Notes under the pieces: model-generated
The model's input: only the letters and a program-made list of their open reading frames with translations
What the model was told of the DNA's origin: nothing
The model's database searches: none
Made by a program: the position numbers and the translations under genes
Shown here: positions 1 through 9,968 of the stretch, piece by piece
How the letters are laid out: each line of letters opens with the position of its first letter
Numbering within the stretch: the stretch's first letter is position 1
Virus record (IMG/VR): IMGVR_UViG_3300044846_005100
Coordinates: 1 to 64,000 of that record
Length of the DNA stretch: 64,000 nucleotides
Origin: a virus
Strand: one strand, 5' to 3'

Positions 1-184
1 GAATAGCTTATGATCTTTCCATCGATGAGGTGAAGATTATTACAGATTTTTAATTTCATCGGTATCGTGTTTATTAGTTTATATAGTAAATATAACCAAT
101 TACTTTAAACCCCGACACTCCTGCAGAAAAAGAAAGCTAGAGACGCTGGGATACAGAATCAAATCTTTACTACGGAGTAAACCC

Positions 185-215
185 AAAAAAGGTCAGCCTC
201 TTGCGAAGCTGACCC
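185..215 (-). terminator. Rho-independent terminator
   Basis: Minus strand GGGTCAGC-loop-GCTGACC followed by T6, downstream of 241..426. Confidence 0.7.
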
Positions 216-240
216 GACCCGGAAAAGCAGAAACCTTGGT

Positions 241-426
241 CTAATTCTTTATCTCTACACCGACTGTTTGTTTCTGGGTAATCGTGAACGTGAAACCTTC
301 CTCTTCAGGCATGGCCTGCTTTAGGCGGTCTCTGATCTCGACTGCTCGTGAGACCGTCGTGATGGATCTCTCGTGGGTGGCAAAATAGTGTTTACCGTCT
401 TTGCCTACATTGATTTCGTACCACAT
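241..426 (-). CDS. hypothetical protein
   Basis: 61-aa ORF in early cassette. Confidence 0.6.
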   Translation of the reverse strand: MWYEINVGKDGKHYFATHERSITTVSRAVEIRDRLKQAMPEEEGFTFTITQKQTVGVEIKN

Positions 427-429
427 AGC

Positions 430-810
430 TTATAGGTTTACTGTTCCACTTAATACGTAAGCCAAAGGAACTGGGTCCGGTTCTACTTGTGAATCCGCTT
501 TCTTTACGAGCCACTCTCCCTCTGCCGTGTATAAGTATCCATACTCCTCAATGTCTCCATCGAAAAATAGTGCTACTGATGCACGCTTTTGTGGCGGACA
601 CTTCTCGCCTCTCCATTCCTTATATGACAGAGATATTGTGCTGCGATCGCCCTCTTTAATAAAGCTCTCTACGATTTTTGGATCAGTTCCATTTGGAAAT
701 TTATCCATGAGCCGTTCGCCGACTCCGTCGATGTAACCGTCGTTGTGACAGTACACTGAGATCACTCGACCTTTTTCTAATTCTACTGCAATTCTGCTTC
801 TAGTTGCCAT
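430..810 (-). CDS. hypothetical phage protein (YCHxDGY family)
   Basis: MATRSRI...SVYCHNDGY...EYGYLY; directly behind promoter at 838. Confidence 0.7.
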   Translation of the reverse strand: MATRSRIAVELEKGRVISVYCHNDGYIDGVGERLMDKFPNGTDPKIVESFIKEGDRSTISLSYKEWRGEKCPPQKRASVALFFDGDIEEYGYLYTAEGEWLVKKADSQVEPDPVPLAYVLSGTVNL

Positions 811-899
811 AGTTATGTTTTAATTGGTTTATATAGTAAATATAATAATTTCTTTTTAATCTTGACAATCCTGTGTGGATAAAAGTCAAGAGACACAGT

Positions 900-1202
900 C
901 TATTCTTCTTTGTTGGTATGTTCCTTCCGCCGTAGATTCAGCCCAACGTTGTTACGCACGTACCAGTGCTTGCTCTTACCCAGCTTGGTAAGAGTCGTAA
1001 TGGAAGTATTAGGATTTCCGGCAACTCTCCATTTAACGTCATTGTCCGAGTCATTGGCTAGGAAGTCTAAGATATCCTCCGGTGTGTCTGGAGTTTCGGC
1101 AACACTTGTCTTGATAGCAGTCGCACATGAGAATCGATCTCCATTCAGTTTCATCAAGACCTTTAAGTAGTCTGATACAATTTTGTCCTTTCGATTTTTC
1201 AT
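900..1202 (-). CDS. HEAT/LRV-like repeat protein
   Basis: TPEDILDFLANDSDNDVKWRVAGNPNT-type repeats. Confidence 0.6.
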   Translation of the reverse strand: MKNRKDKIVSDYLKVLMKLNGDRFSCATAIKTSVAETPDTPEDILDFLANDSDNDVKWRVAGNPNTSITTLTKLGKSKHWYVRNNVGLNLRRKEHTNKEE

Positions 1203-1289
1203 AATTGGTTTGTTATTAAGTTATAAGTAAATATACAAAGAATCCCTGACTCCTGACAATCTACGAAGTAAACTTTTATGGAGACTCGG

Positions 1290-1559
1290 CTAGAAGCTTC
1301 CACTTCTCTCAATGGAGAAAGTAAGCTCTAATCCCCAAGGAAGTTTGTAAACTCTGAATCCGCCTGTTCCCATTGATACTACCTCTTGCGGATCCATCTG
1401 AGCTTCAACTAGGAGTCTAGTTGCGGTGCCTTTAAGATCGTCCATATCGGGTACCTCATCGAACCATTTCCAATCTACCGATTGCATGTGCTTGAGTACT
1501 TTCTCAAAATCAAATCTTCTTAAGATTTGTGCTACTACTTGCGCTTGTTCCTGGGTCAT
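1290..1559 (-). CDS. hypothetical protein
   Basis: 89-aa ORF. Confidence 0.6.
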   Translation of the reverse strand: MTQEQAQVVAQILRRFDFEKVLKHMQSVDWKWFDEVPDMDDLKGTATRLLVEAQMDPQEVVSMGTGGFRVYKLPWGLELTFSIERSGSF

Positions 1560-1722
1560 GCTTTAAAGTTTAAATGATTAATTGCTTCTTCGTGTGTCTC
1601 AAAATCTCCGATGAGGTAGAAAGAATCTAAGTTATCATCCTCATCTACTAGGTCGAGCATCTCTTCTTCAGTGAATACTTCTCCTGACTGTTTGTCTTTG
1701 TAGAATTCCATGTTTTCTGCTT

Positions 1723-1965
1723 TTAGATTAGGGTGAATACTGTCTCTTCAGCATGGATGCCTTGTTCGGTGGTAAGTCCTAATTCCTCCATGATTGGCTC
1801 GAACTCTTCCTGATTATCGACGACTATCATAAATCCTGGATCGTCTGTAATATCCTCTCCACAGTTGAGGAAACCTAAATATCCTGGATCATTAGGATTA
1901 AATTGATAATCGTTCTTTACGTTGTGTAGAAATAGAACGCCAGCTTTAAATTCTTCTTTAGTCAT
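1723..1965 (-). CDS. hypothetical protein
   Basis: 80-aa ORF behind promoter at 1991. Confidence 0.6.
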   Translation of the reverse strand: MTKEEFKAGVLFLHNVKNDYQFNPNDPGYLGFLNCGEDITDDPGFMIVVDNQEEFEPIMEELGLTTEQGIHAEETVFTLI

Positions 1966-2039
1966 CTGCTTTAGTTTTTAAGTTATAAGTAAATATAACC
2001 AATTAATCCTAACCATGACAATCCTGCAGAAATAAAAAG

Positions 2040-2234
2040 CTAGAGACTCTCGGCTTCGGTAATCATCGAGATTTCATCAAGTAATCCAATCATTTCCGAC
2101 CAAATAAATTTCTCGACCTCGGTACTTGCGTCTCTGTGTTCTTGTAAATAAATCTCTTTGCGGTCCTCTACAAAAGTAGAGACGCGCTCTAGCTTCTCTT
2201 GAGCTAGCGATTCAAGTGTTTCTTTCTTTGCCAT
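2040..2234 (-). CDS. hypothetical protein
   Basis: 64-aa ORF in tight operon. Confidence 0.55.
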   Translation of the reverse strand: MAKKETLESLAQEKLERVSTFVEDRKEIYLQEHRDASTEVEKFIWSEMIGLLDEISMITEAESL

Positions 2235-2476
2235 GTTAATAGTGTTTTATTTGTACGATTGTTGCTGCCTGAGACCCGCCCTTCTGCTGAATAGTATAAG
2301 CACCCTTTACTTTAATAGTTTCTAGTACTTTGCGATAACTTGAGTCTGGCTTACTAATCTCTCCAAGAAAGAGAGCGATTTGATATGCTTGCTTTACTGT
2401 ATGACAAACGCCGAGTGTTTCTCTCAGCGCTTGCTCCCAATCAAGGTCTAATTCTTTATTACTCATTACAAGATAC

Positions 2477-2734
2477 TTATCTCTTCTCTGCATCTTCAAT
2501 CCTTTTTTGTAGATCTCGAAGAAAGGCACAGTCTTCATAGTCCTCCTTCTCTTCGAAATGTTTGAGTACCTTCTTCATTGCCTCTACTTTATAGTCAACT
2601 GGTACATCATCTTCTACTGCAAAGTCAGGATGGGTTTTTAGAGAAAGGAGAACAAGACTCATGAATCCGTCTATATCTCGCTCCTTTAACTCTTCGAGTT
2701 TGGCAATAAATTCTTGATCATTAAACCCTTCCAT
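2477..2734 (-). CDS. small protein with C-terminal UVR (UvrB/C-type) motif
   Basis: EEKEDYEDCAFLRDL. Confidence 0.55.
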   Translation of the reverse strand: MEGFNDQEFIAKLEELKERDIDGFMSLVLLSLKTHPDFAVEDDVPVDYKVEAMKKVLKHFEEKEDYEDCAFLRDLQKRIEDAEKR

Positions 2735-3056
2735 CTTTCTCTAAGTTTATAGCGTTATACGTTTGAGCCATGATCATGCCAGCCGTGTCTTCACCGAATA
2801 CTTCGATTAACTCTGCAGATATTGCTTGATATCCTGACTCCACCATCCCGATACGTAGATCAGTTAACTCTTCATCGTTGACACTTAACACTGCCTTGCC
2901 CATGTCCTTAATGAGATCCTTCATCACGTCTCTATAGATCGTTGTTGCTTGGAAGTAGGATACTAATTCTTTTGGAGAACCTTTTCCCATCTCTTTAATC
3001 TGTTCGGGAGTTACGATTACTTCGTCCTCACCGTTGAATAATATTACCTTCTTCAT
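2721..3056 (-). CDS. hypothetical protein
   Basis: 111-aa ORF downstream of sigma factor. Confidence 0.6.
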   Translation of the reverse strand: MKKVILFNGEDEVIVTPEQIKEMGKGSPKELVSYFQATTIYRDVMKDLIKDMGKAVLSVNDEELTDLRIGMVESGYQAISAELIEVFGEDTAGMIMAQTYNAINLEKDGRV

Positions 3057-3072
3057 ATGACTACGGAGTAAA

Positions 3073-3792
3073 TTATATAATTGTTAATTTCATCTTTTCA
3101 ATTGATGCTTTTACGATTTGACATACTCGAACATTAGTCATTGAGTATTTCTCAGCGATCATGTCAGTCGGTACCTCATACTCTCTTTCAATACCAAAGT
3201 AGTCCATGATAATTCCACGATCACGCTCTTTAAGAACACTAAGAGCCTGCTTTACTCGGAACTTGATTGAGTCCAATTCAATTGAAAACTCTACTTCAGA
3301 TCCTGTCTTAAGGATAAGGTCGCCTAGTGTATTGTCGCCATCATCTCCAATCTTCTTGTCGATGCTTACTCGAGTTGGTGCCTCTACCTCTTCGCCTTTT
3401 CTTTTAGACTTAAAGATATCATACTCCTGATTGTGAGGTAAGCGAACGATTCGGCCAGTCTTAGCAACAGTTTCGTTAATACGCTTTCTGATCCACAGCT
3501 GTGCATAGTTAATAAAACGTTGACCCTCACGTGGTTGGAATGCTTGAGCAGCCTCTATTAATCCAATATTTCCTTCCTGAATTAAGTCGTCGATTGGCAC
3601 ACCTTGTCCAATATGTCGATTAGCTACTTTTACTACGAACTTCAAGTTTGCCTGTACCAATGCAGCGATTGCTCGCGAGTCTCCAGCCTGGATGTCTAAC
3701 ACTAATTGACCCTCCTCAGCAGTACTCAATGGCTGATTCTTTTGGATAGTTTTAAAATACTTCGGCAAGTTTTCTGATGTTTCGAATTTCAT
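3073..3792 (-). CDS. RNA polymerase sigma-70 family factor (RpoD/RpoS-like)
   Basis: LVQANLKFVVKVA, DDLIQEGNIGLIEAA, FINYAQLWIR, IVRLP, C-terminal region-4 HTH (TNVRVCQI). Confidence 0.92.
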   Translation of the reverse strand: MKFETSENLPKYFKTIQKNQPLSTAEEGQLVLDIQAGDSRAIAALVQANLKFVVKVANRHIGQGVPIDDLIQEGNIGLIEAAQAFQPREGQRFINYAQLWIRKRINETVAKTGRIVRLPHNQEYDIFKSKRKGEEVEAPTRVSIDKKIGDDGDNTLGDLILKTGSEVEFSIELDSIKFRVKQALSVLKERDRGIIMDYFGIEREYEVPTDMIAEKYSMTNVRVCQIVKASIEKMKLTII

Positions 3793-4075
3793 ATCTTTTT
3801 ATTTTAAGTTTATATAGTAAAAGTAACAATTTGTTTTGAATAAGTACAATCCTGGCGAAAATATTTTTACTCCTCCTCGTCACTTTTGCAAGAGACGATC
3901 TTGCCTGCTCTTACAGCTTCCCAATATTGTTCTTCTGTCATGGAGAATCCGCCATTCAATTCCTTCTGTACACAGTTGGAACATGTAATTGAATCTGCAT
4001 TCATGTCTACTTTGTTTACAATTTCGCCGCACCCTTTGCATGCTAACTGTTTAAAACCTGATGCTCTTTTCTTGT

Positions 4076-4402
4076 TCATAATTTGGATTTTAAGTTTAAT
4101 AATCTTGCACACTTCTCGTAGTCCTCTATCTCCGAGAAATATTGTATACACTGGTCTACGGAGTAAACCGCCTCAGTTCTATTAGTATTAAAGATAACAT
4201 CAGTATCCTTTATTGCAAAGCACGGCATGGTCTCCACATCAAACTTGACGATCAACTCAATAGCTGCTGCAATAGCTCTAGATATGTTGCCTCGTTCTCG
4301 AATTGAGAACTCGTCCATCGTCTCGCCAGCCTTGATTGCTAGCTCTGGAATCGGTACCATTACGTCCAACTCTTCGTGATATTCTTCTATAAACGTCATC
4401 AT
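4076..4402 (-). CDS. small protein with C-terminal UVR-like motif
   Basis: EIEDYEKCARLLNL. Confidence 0.55.
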   Translation of the reverse strand: MMTFIEEYHEELDVMVPIPELAIKAGETMDEFSIRERGNISRAIAAAIELIVKFDVETMPCFAIKDTDVIFNTNRTEAVYSVDQCIQYFSEIEDYEKCARLLNLKSKL

Positions 4403-4405
4403 ATA

Positions 4406-4654
4406 TTATACTCTCCTTTTACGATTAAGTTTAGCAATTTCTTCAGCCATAAAGTATCTCTCTACCTCAATCTCGGCTCTAAGTTTGGCTCCTTCCAGCG
4501 TCTCCTCGAATTCGTCTTCTGGCACGAACTTTGAGACTTCATGTATCTTGACATAGATGCCCATTACCTTTTCTTCGCGATTCATCAAGAGCCAGCATCT
4601 GACTCCCTCTTGCTGGCCCTCGCATATCCTGTCTCTTACGCTACTCCACTGCAT
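4406..4654 (-). CDS. hypothetical protein
   Basis: 82-aa ORF. Confidence 0.55.
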   Translation of the reverse strand: MQWSSVRDRICEGQQEGVRCWLLMNREEKVMGIYVKIHEVSKFVPEDEFEETLEGAKLRAEIEVERYFMAEEIAKLNRKRRV

Positions 4655-4874
4655 CGTCTGAAACTATTATACATTTCTTTTGTAGATACCAATTGGTCAG
4701 GGTAGCACGATCTTCATCACTGAGTCTAGAAGTCTCGTCTGTGACTCCATACTCTACCTTAAGGATAAAGTCGGCTAGACTATTTGCGATCTCTGCCATA
4801 TTGCATAAGAAGTCGATTAAGTCTTCTAGCGGAGTCTCTATGAGAGCTCCCTCGTATTCTGTTGTGATCTTCAT
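4641..4874 (-). CDS. hypothetical protein (start corrected to MKITTEY)
   Basis: ORF follows 4885..4998. Confidence 0.5.
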   Translation of the reverse strand: MKITTEYEGALIETPLEDLIDFLCNMAEIANSLADFILKVEYGVTDETSRLSDEDRATLTNWYLQKKCIIVSDDAVE

Positions 4875-4884
4875 CTTGTTCGTA

Positions 4885-4998
4885 TTATAGTTTAGCACCG
4901 CAATCACTGCATTTAACCAGTTGTATTCCTGATACATGACGTACGGCTACGTAAGTTCTCTTATGTTCGCATTTGGGTTTGATAATTGGCTTTTCCAT
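4885..4998 (-). CDS. small zinc-ribbon peptide (start corrected to MEKPIIK)
   Basis: CEH...CSDCG; ATG just after promoter at 5023. Confidence 0.5.
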   Translation of the reverse strand: MEKPIIKPKCEHKRTYVAVRHVSGIQLVKCSDCGAKL

Positions 4999-5117
4999 TC
5001 TATTTGTTTTTAAGTTATAAGTAAATATAACCATTAAGTTTGAATTAGTAAAATCCTGTGGAAACTTTTTTGCACAAAAGTCTAGAGACACCCGGATACA
5101 GCTGCTAAAAAAAGCCG

Positions 5118-5453
5118 TCAAGTAGACGGCTCATTCAGTTGGTAATAATATATCTCCTTTATCTTGCTCGGAGGGATCGTCTTGGGCGAGACTAGACTCT
5201 TACCGACTCCAAATATCTGCACCATTAGTGGGCTATGATCGCAGCCTTCAACTAATCCCTTCTCCTCTACCTCAACCTCGACTACGATCATTTGCGGTTC
5301 TCCCATTGCGGCCAATCTAAAACCTATCCAACGTGCTGCACTCTCTGCCGAGTCAGTAAGATATACTCCTTCCCATTTGGAAAGGAGCCCGTTCTTCTTG
5401 ATACTCTCAGCATTCCTTGCTGATGTTGCATGAAACAATCTTACCTTCCCCAT
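5118..5453 (-). CDS. ADP-ribosyltransferase-fold / Tpt1(KptA)-like protein
   Basis: LFHATS..NAESIKKNGL, GVYLT, C-terminal IPPSKI motifs of the NAD-using ART/2'-phosphotransferase fold. Confidence 0.55.
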   Translation of the reverse strand: MGKVRLFHATSARNAESIKKNGLLSKWEGVYLTDSAESAARWIGFRLAAMGEPQMIVVEVEVEEKGLVEGCDHSPLMVQIFGVGKSLVSPKTIPPSKIKEIYYYQLNEPST

Positions 5454-5668
5454 TATAATTCGATAATATCCAGGTCAGTAACTTCAAATGCAAAGATATC
5501 GAATCCTTCAATCCACTCCGGTTCGTATTCATACTCGTCGAAAAGCATCTCTCGAACGGTTTCATCTGCTTGATTTGAATCTTCACATCGAATATGGAAG
5601 ATTATTGGGCTCTCTAAGTCAACGTATCCAGTAGGATCGCTTACTACTACACAAAATAATTTTTTCAT
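5453..5668 (-). CDS. hypothetical acidic protein (start corrected to MKKLF)
   Basis: ATG after promoter at 5693. Confidence 0.55.
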   Translation of the reverse strand: MKKLFCVVVSDPTGYVDLESPIIFHIRCEDSNQADETVREMLFDEYEYEPEWIEGFDIFAFEVTDLDIIEL

Positions 5669-5740
5669 AATTTCTGCTTTTAAGATATAAGTAAATATAA
5701 CCAAAATCCCCGAACTGTGACAATCCGGGGATAATTATTT

Positions 5741-6205
5741 TTATGCGATATAATTTTCAATTACAAACCATATCTCGTATCCATTTGCAATCCTATTTTG
5801 CCTTCCATTCCTGGTCCAGAAAAATTCGTGATGAAACTCGCCTCTAATCTTCTTTACCTTTATCAGCATAGGCTGGTCTCCATCAAATCCAAGCACCACA
5901 TCAATTGGCTCCTTAAATTCAAGTGTAGCTTCGCTGTCCCACTTAGAGTCTCGGATAATCTTTACTCCTTCAAAGTCAAGTTGAGTCTTGTCCTTTTTTC
6001 TAGTCAATCTATTTAGGAAGTGACTTGTTCCTTCGTTGTCCAATGCATTCGCATCTTTAGTATAGGAAGCGACTGTTGGATAAGTACCATCGTCTGTATC
6101 CTGTGATATTTCGAATAGGATGCAGTTATTACCGATACTTGTCTTAATCCCTTTCAACGGACCGTCTCCGTCTAATACGTTCCAAATGCTGTGTACTGTT
6201 TTCAT
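5741..6205 (-). CDS. hypothetical protein
   Basis: 154-aa ORF behind promoter at 6232. Confidence 0.65.
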   Translation of the reverse strand: MKTVHSIWNVLDGDGPLKGIKTSIGNNCILFEISQDTDDGTYPTVASYTKDANALDNEGTSHFLNRLTRKKDKTQLDFEGVKIIRDSKWDSEATLEFKEPIDVVLGFDGDQPMLIKVKKIRGEFHHEFFWTRNGRQNRIANGYEIWFVIENYIA

Positions 6206-6306
6206 ATACTTTATGTTTTTAAGTTATAAGTAAATATAACTATTTTATTTGACACTTAACAATTCTTGGGTGAAGAAAGTCAAGAGACACGCCAGCCTGG
6301 TCTTGC

Positions 6307-6873
6307 CTAGTGGAACTGAACAATTCCGTCGTCCTTTGCCAACTCAAAAGCCAAGGTCCAATGGTCGTATAATTCAATATAATATTCGATATCCATATCG
6401 CTTAAGTCAAGGTCTTCAAGGATAAATTCAGGTTCAAGTGCCAACGGGTTATCTGTCTCCTTAGTAAAATCTATTTCTTGTTTAAGGTTACGTATGAATC
6501 TTTCTCGATTGTCTCTAAAGTCTTCGAATAGTGCAGCACTATAATCAGGTCCAATTATACCTTCACAGTCTGAGAAATTGATTAGGTTAAAGAATGGTCG
6601 ACTTATAAAAATATCCTCAGCTTCCCAAACAGTCTCAGCCTTTACTCCAAGAGTACACAGAGCCAAGATGTTTCTAAATTGGTTGTGTCCTGAATAGGAA
6701 CCGGCTCTGAACTGGTGACCGCGAGTGTCTGCCGTCTCTTCATAGGAACCCTCTTCCAATTCACAGTGGTCAGGAAAGTTGGTCTGTTTCCAGATACGAA
6801 TACTATCATAATCTTCTGGGTCCTGTACTTCAGAACGTTTAATATTACTGTATGCGCTAATATCTAATCCCAT
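6307..6873 (-). CDS. hypothetical phage protein (MGLD family)
   Basis: 188-aa ORF, MGLDI...FSDCEG, behind promoter at 6894. Confidence 0.65.
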   Translation of the reverse strand: MGLDISAYSNIKRSEVQDPEDYDSIRIWKQTNFPDHCELEEGSYEETADTRGHQFRAGSYSGHNQFRNILALCTLGVKAETVWEAEDIFISRPFFNLINFSDCEGIIGPDYSAALFEDFRDNRERFIRNLKQEIDFTKETDNPLALEPEFILEDLDLSDMDIEYYIELYDHWTLAFELAKDDGIVQFH

Positions 6874-7019
6874 AGTCTTTAAGTTTATATAGTAAATATA
6901 ACAATAATCTTTGAATATAAAAAATCCGGTAGAATAAAAATAGCTAGAGACTCGGTGGATACAGACAAAAAGAAGGGCTAGAAATTCCAGCCCAACTCTT
7001 TACAACTTAAAACACTTAG

Positions 7020-7101
7020 TAGTCAGGACAGGATTCGAACCTGTAATTAGCAACCATTTCTAGAATAGGATTCATCACCATGCTTCTTTACGCTCCTGAC
7101 T
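7020..7101 (-). ncRNA. tRNA-like element (AGTCAGG/CCTGACT-A family) without canonical D/anticodon arms
   Basis: 7-bp acceptor stem plus ACAGGTTCGAATCCTGT T-arm. Confidence 0.55.
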
Positions 7102-7118
7102 ATTTACTACGGAGTAAA

Positions 7119-7370
7119 CTATTTTAATAACTTGGCGGTGTTATACAACTTCTCTGCCTTTACGTAATCGTATTTAGCTGAGATCAGGGCGCCTATTTCC
7201 TGTGAAAAATGGTCTCTAAAGAATTTCAAATTCTCCGGAGTCTGGTCTACATAAGGGATGAGGTCATGCAGAGCAGGTAAGCGATCCTTTAGGCTCAGCT
7301 TTTTGAGATACTGACGAACCCTGTCGCCAGCTCCCATATTAATTAATGCGTGTATTTCCTGTGCTCTCAT
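7119..7370 (-). CDS. hypothetical protein
   Basis: 83-aa ORF. Confidence 0.55.
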   Translation of the reverse strand: MRAQEIHALINMGAGDRVRQYLKKLSLKDRLPALHDLIPYVDQTPENLKFFRDHFSQEIGALISAKYDYVKAEKLYNTAKLLK

Positions 7371-7687
7371 TCTACGTAACCTTGATTATACATTAAATAT
7401 ACATAAAATCTGATACAGTTTAAATTGATGTCGTCTGCTCGACTGAATGTCTCCATCAAGTCGTTGTTCACCAGTGCCTGAACGAAACTTCCGCCAGGAT
7501 ATCCGACTTCCCACTTAGTACATAGGATGCTCGTGCCGATGTTAACGATATGGTCCCTTTCATTGTCAACGCTTGACGAGACAGCCATCATAAAGCCTAT
7601 GTCTCGTCTCTCCTCCAAGTACTGATCAATTCGTTTAATGACTGTTTCTCGGATTCTCTCTTCCTGTCCTTCTTTTAAATCTTGCAT
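7367..7687 (-). CDS. hypothetical protein
   Basis: 106-aa ORF behind promoter at 7711. Confidence 0.6.
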   Translation of the reverse strand: MQDLKEGQEERIRETVIKRIDQYLEERRDIGFMMAVSSSVDNERDHIVNIGTSILCTKWEVGYPGGSFVQALVNNDLMETFSRADDINLNCIRFYVYLMYNQGYVE

Positions 7688-7743
7688 CTTTCGTGTTTTA
7701 AGTTATAAGTAAATATACAAAGAATTCTTGATACTTGACAATC

Positions 7744-8106
7744 CTAGCGTAAACTTCTGATAAATTCATCGGATACACTGAATCGACTGATCTCTGCAAT
7801 TTGAGCATATGTGAATCCCATTTCCTTTAAGGCTCTCTCGAATGGCTTCCAAACGTTCTCCTCCTTTGGCACTCCAGCCGAGTATCCGTGATAATCTCTC
7901 GTACCCCATACGGCAGCAACTGCTTTGGCTCTACGTACTAATTTAACGGGGTCTTTGATAAGCTTGGACTGCTTCTCAGCTAGACTCTGGATAGGCGCAC
8001 CATTTCCATAAAACCAGTTTCGATAGCCGTGCTTATAGAAGTCCATCTCCAATGCACGGTGATAGTCTTTCGTTTGAGGCTCTATTAATGTTACGTTTAA
8101 ATTCAT
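7744..8106 (-). CDS. hypothetical protein (start corrected to MNLNV)
   Basis: ATG after promoter at 8131. Confidence 0.6.
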   Translation of the reverse strand: MNLNVTLIEPQTKDYHRALEMDFYKHGYRNWFYGNGAPIQSLAEKQSKLIKDPVKLVRRAKAVAAVWGTRDYHGYSAGVPKEENVWKPFERALKEMGFTYAQIAEISRFSVSDEFIRSLR

Positions 8107-8192
8107 TGTGCTTGTTTTTAAGTTATAAGTAAATATAACTATTTTATTTGACACCTGACAATTCTCCGGTAACAAAAGTCAAGAGACACGGC

Positions 8193-8492
8193 CTAGCAGG
8201 TTCTTTGCAAGAATCCGCGAGAGTCGTAAATTCTAGTCCGCCCATCCTTTTCCTGCACTTGCACATGGTCTCCAATCCAGCGAGCTCGTAGTCCATTGTG
8301 AGAGAATACTCTTATCGAGATACAGAGTCGCCCATCAAGGGACTCGACTCTTCCATCACTCTTTACCACTAACCACTCATCAGTCTGTTGATTGTGGTCC
8401 CCGTCTACCGCACCTCTAGCGATAACTCTAGTTTGAATCCTACGTGAATCTATCCACGTTATGAGGTCTCCTCTTTCTATCCAGCATTCCAT
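8193..8492 (-). CDS. hypothetical protein
   Basis: 99-aa ORF. Confidence 0.55.
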   Translation of the reverse strand: MECWIERGDLITWIDSRRIQTRVIARGAVDGDHNQQTDEWLVVKSDGRVESLDGRLCISIRVFSHNGLRARWIGDHVQVQEKDGRTRIYDSRGFLQRTC

Positions 8493-8504
8493 ATCGCTAC
8501 GTAT

Positions 8505-8702
8505 TTAATCTAAAAGAATTTCTTCCTTGATTTCAACAAAGTCTCCATCGTCGTTATATCCTACGATTCCATCGAATTCAAGACCATTTTCTTCGACGAT
8601 CTCTTCTAGACGAGCAAGTGCCGATTCGTTTGTCCTAAACACGGATACAACAACATAATCCGGAGTATGATGCATCACTAAATAAACTGTTTGATTTTCC
8701 AT
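8505..8702 (-). CDS. hypothetical protein (start corrected to MENQ)
   Basis: ATG after promoter at 8721. Confidence 0.55.
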   Translation of the reverse strand: MENQTVYLVMHHTPDYVVVSVFRTNESALARLEEIVEENGLEFDGIVGYNDDGDFVEIKEEILLD

Positions 8703-8831
8703 TGCTTTTAAGTTATAAGTAAATATAACTATAATAATTGACATAGTACAATCTTTGGGTAAAATAATTGCAGAGACACTGGGATACAGGACAAAAAGAA
8801 AGACCTCGATTGAGGCCTTTCCATAAGTAGA

Positions 8832-9548
8832 TTATTTAAAGAGTTTGACCGCTCGTTCAGCGAGATCATTAGGGAGATCGTTGTTACACTTTTCAGTGTT
8901 AAAGAATCGATAGCTAACGTTTCCTCGAAGAAGATCAAGAGCGTTCGAAGTCCTAGATCGCCCATCCTCGTCCTCCCATCCAAAGTTAAAGGATCGTTTA
9001 GAATCTCCATGGATCACAACATCTATTGTTCCATCGTTGCGTACTCTCCATGCTGGATACGACGAGCTAAGCGCAAAGTCTAGCCCATCGCCCTCCTCCT
9101 CACACTCGCACATCTCAGTCCAATTGGCAATCTCCTCGTTAACGTACGTCTCGATATCCCCATGAAGAGTTTTATCCATCCCATACACCTCATCGTCGCT
9201 AAGGAACGCTAGCTTTTTTACTCTTGGCGCCACAAACGTTTCAGTCCCTTGAGTCTCCTCTCCTCGGCCATAAAGGGTAAGTCGAACCTCTTCGGGAATC
9301 ATAAGACCTTCGGCTCCTTCAAGGAAATTGAGCAGGTCACTAACTCTTTCAGCTCCCTCTAACTCCTCGGGAATCCTTACCCCAAAGTTATTCTCGATCT
9401 CCATGATCAACTCAATAAGATCTAATGAATCCAGTCCTAGGTCATTGGCAAAGTGGGAGTCCTCTTTGATATCCCACGTTAGTTCAAGCCAACCCCAATT
9501 CTCCTCAATGTAAAGGTGCACTAATTGAAATACTTTTTCTTTTAACAT
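8832..9548 (-). CDS. acyl carrier protein domain fused to unknown C-terminal domain
   Basis: DLGLDSLDLIELIMEIENNFGVRIP phosphopantetheine-attachment motif in first ~80 aa. Confidence 0.75.
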   Translation of the reverse strand: MLKEKVFQLVHLYIEENWGWLELTWDIKEDSHFANDLGLDSLDLIELIMEIENNFGVRIPEELEGAERVSDLLNFLEGAEGLMIPEEVRLTLYGRGEETQGTETFVAPRVKKLAFLSDDEVYGMDKTLHGDIETYVNEEIANWTEMCECEEEGDGLDFALSSSYPAWRVRNDGTIDVVIHGDSKRSFNFGWEDEDGRSRTSNALDLLRGNVSYRFFNTEKCNNDLPNDLAERAVKLFK

Positions 9549-9756
9549 GATTGTAGGTTTTTAAGTTATAAGTAAATATAACTATTAAGTTTGAACCATG
9601 ACAATTCTACAGTAAAATAGTTGCAGAGACTCGCTTAATCCAGCTTGATCCAAAACCGACACTTTTAGATTGAGCTCCGACACCCATGGCAGCTGGGGTC
9701 TCCACGGGTCTCGGCGGGCAGGGGTATCGGACTACGGAGTAAACCTATAGGAACAA

Positions 9757-9781
9757 CAAAGGGCCAGCTCTCGCTGACCCC
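9757..9781 (-). terminator. Rho-independent terminator (identical hairpin at 11714-11737)
   Basis: Minus strand GGGTCAGCGAGAGCTGGCCC-TTTGTTGTT. Confidence 0.7.
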
Positions 9782-9806
9782 TAGTCTCTAACTTAAATAA
9801 ACCCCT

Positions 9807-9968
9807 TTATCTAGTTAATCGTTCAATTACTCTATTCGCCTCTTCCTCGTCCCTTACAGGAATCAGTTGTCCGTTTCCTAATACGTACCATCCGTCGTAT
9901 CGTTCCTCCTTTCTGATGGGCCCCGAAAGGTCGAAGCTCTCACCATCTGTAAACCTTAGGATACTCAT
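9807..9968 (-). CDS. hypothetical protein (start corrected to MSILRF)
   Basis: ATGA overlap with upstream ORF. Confidence 0.5.
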   Translation of the reverse strand: MSILRFTDGESFDLSGPIRKEERYDGWYVLGNGQLIPVRDEEEANRVIERLTR

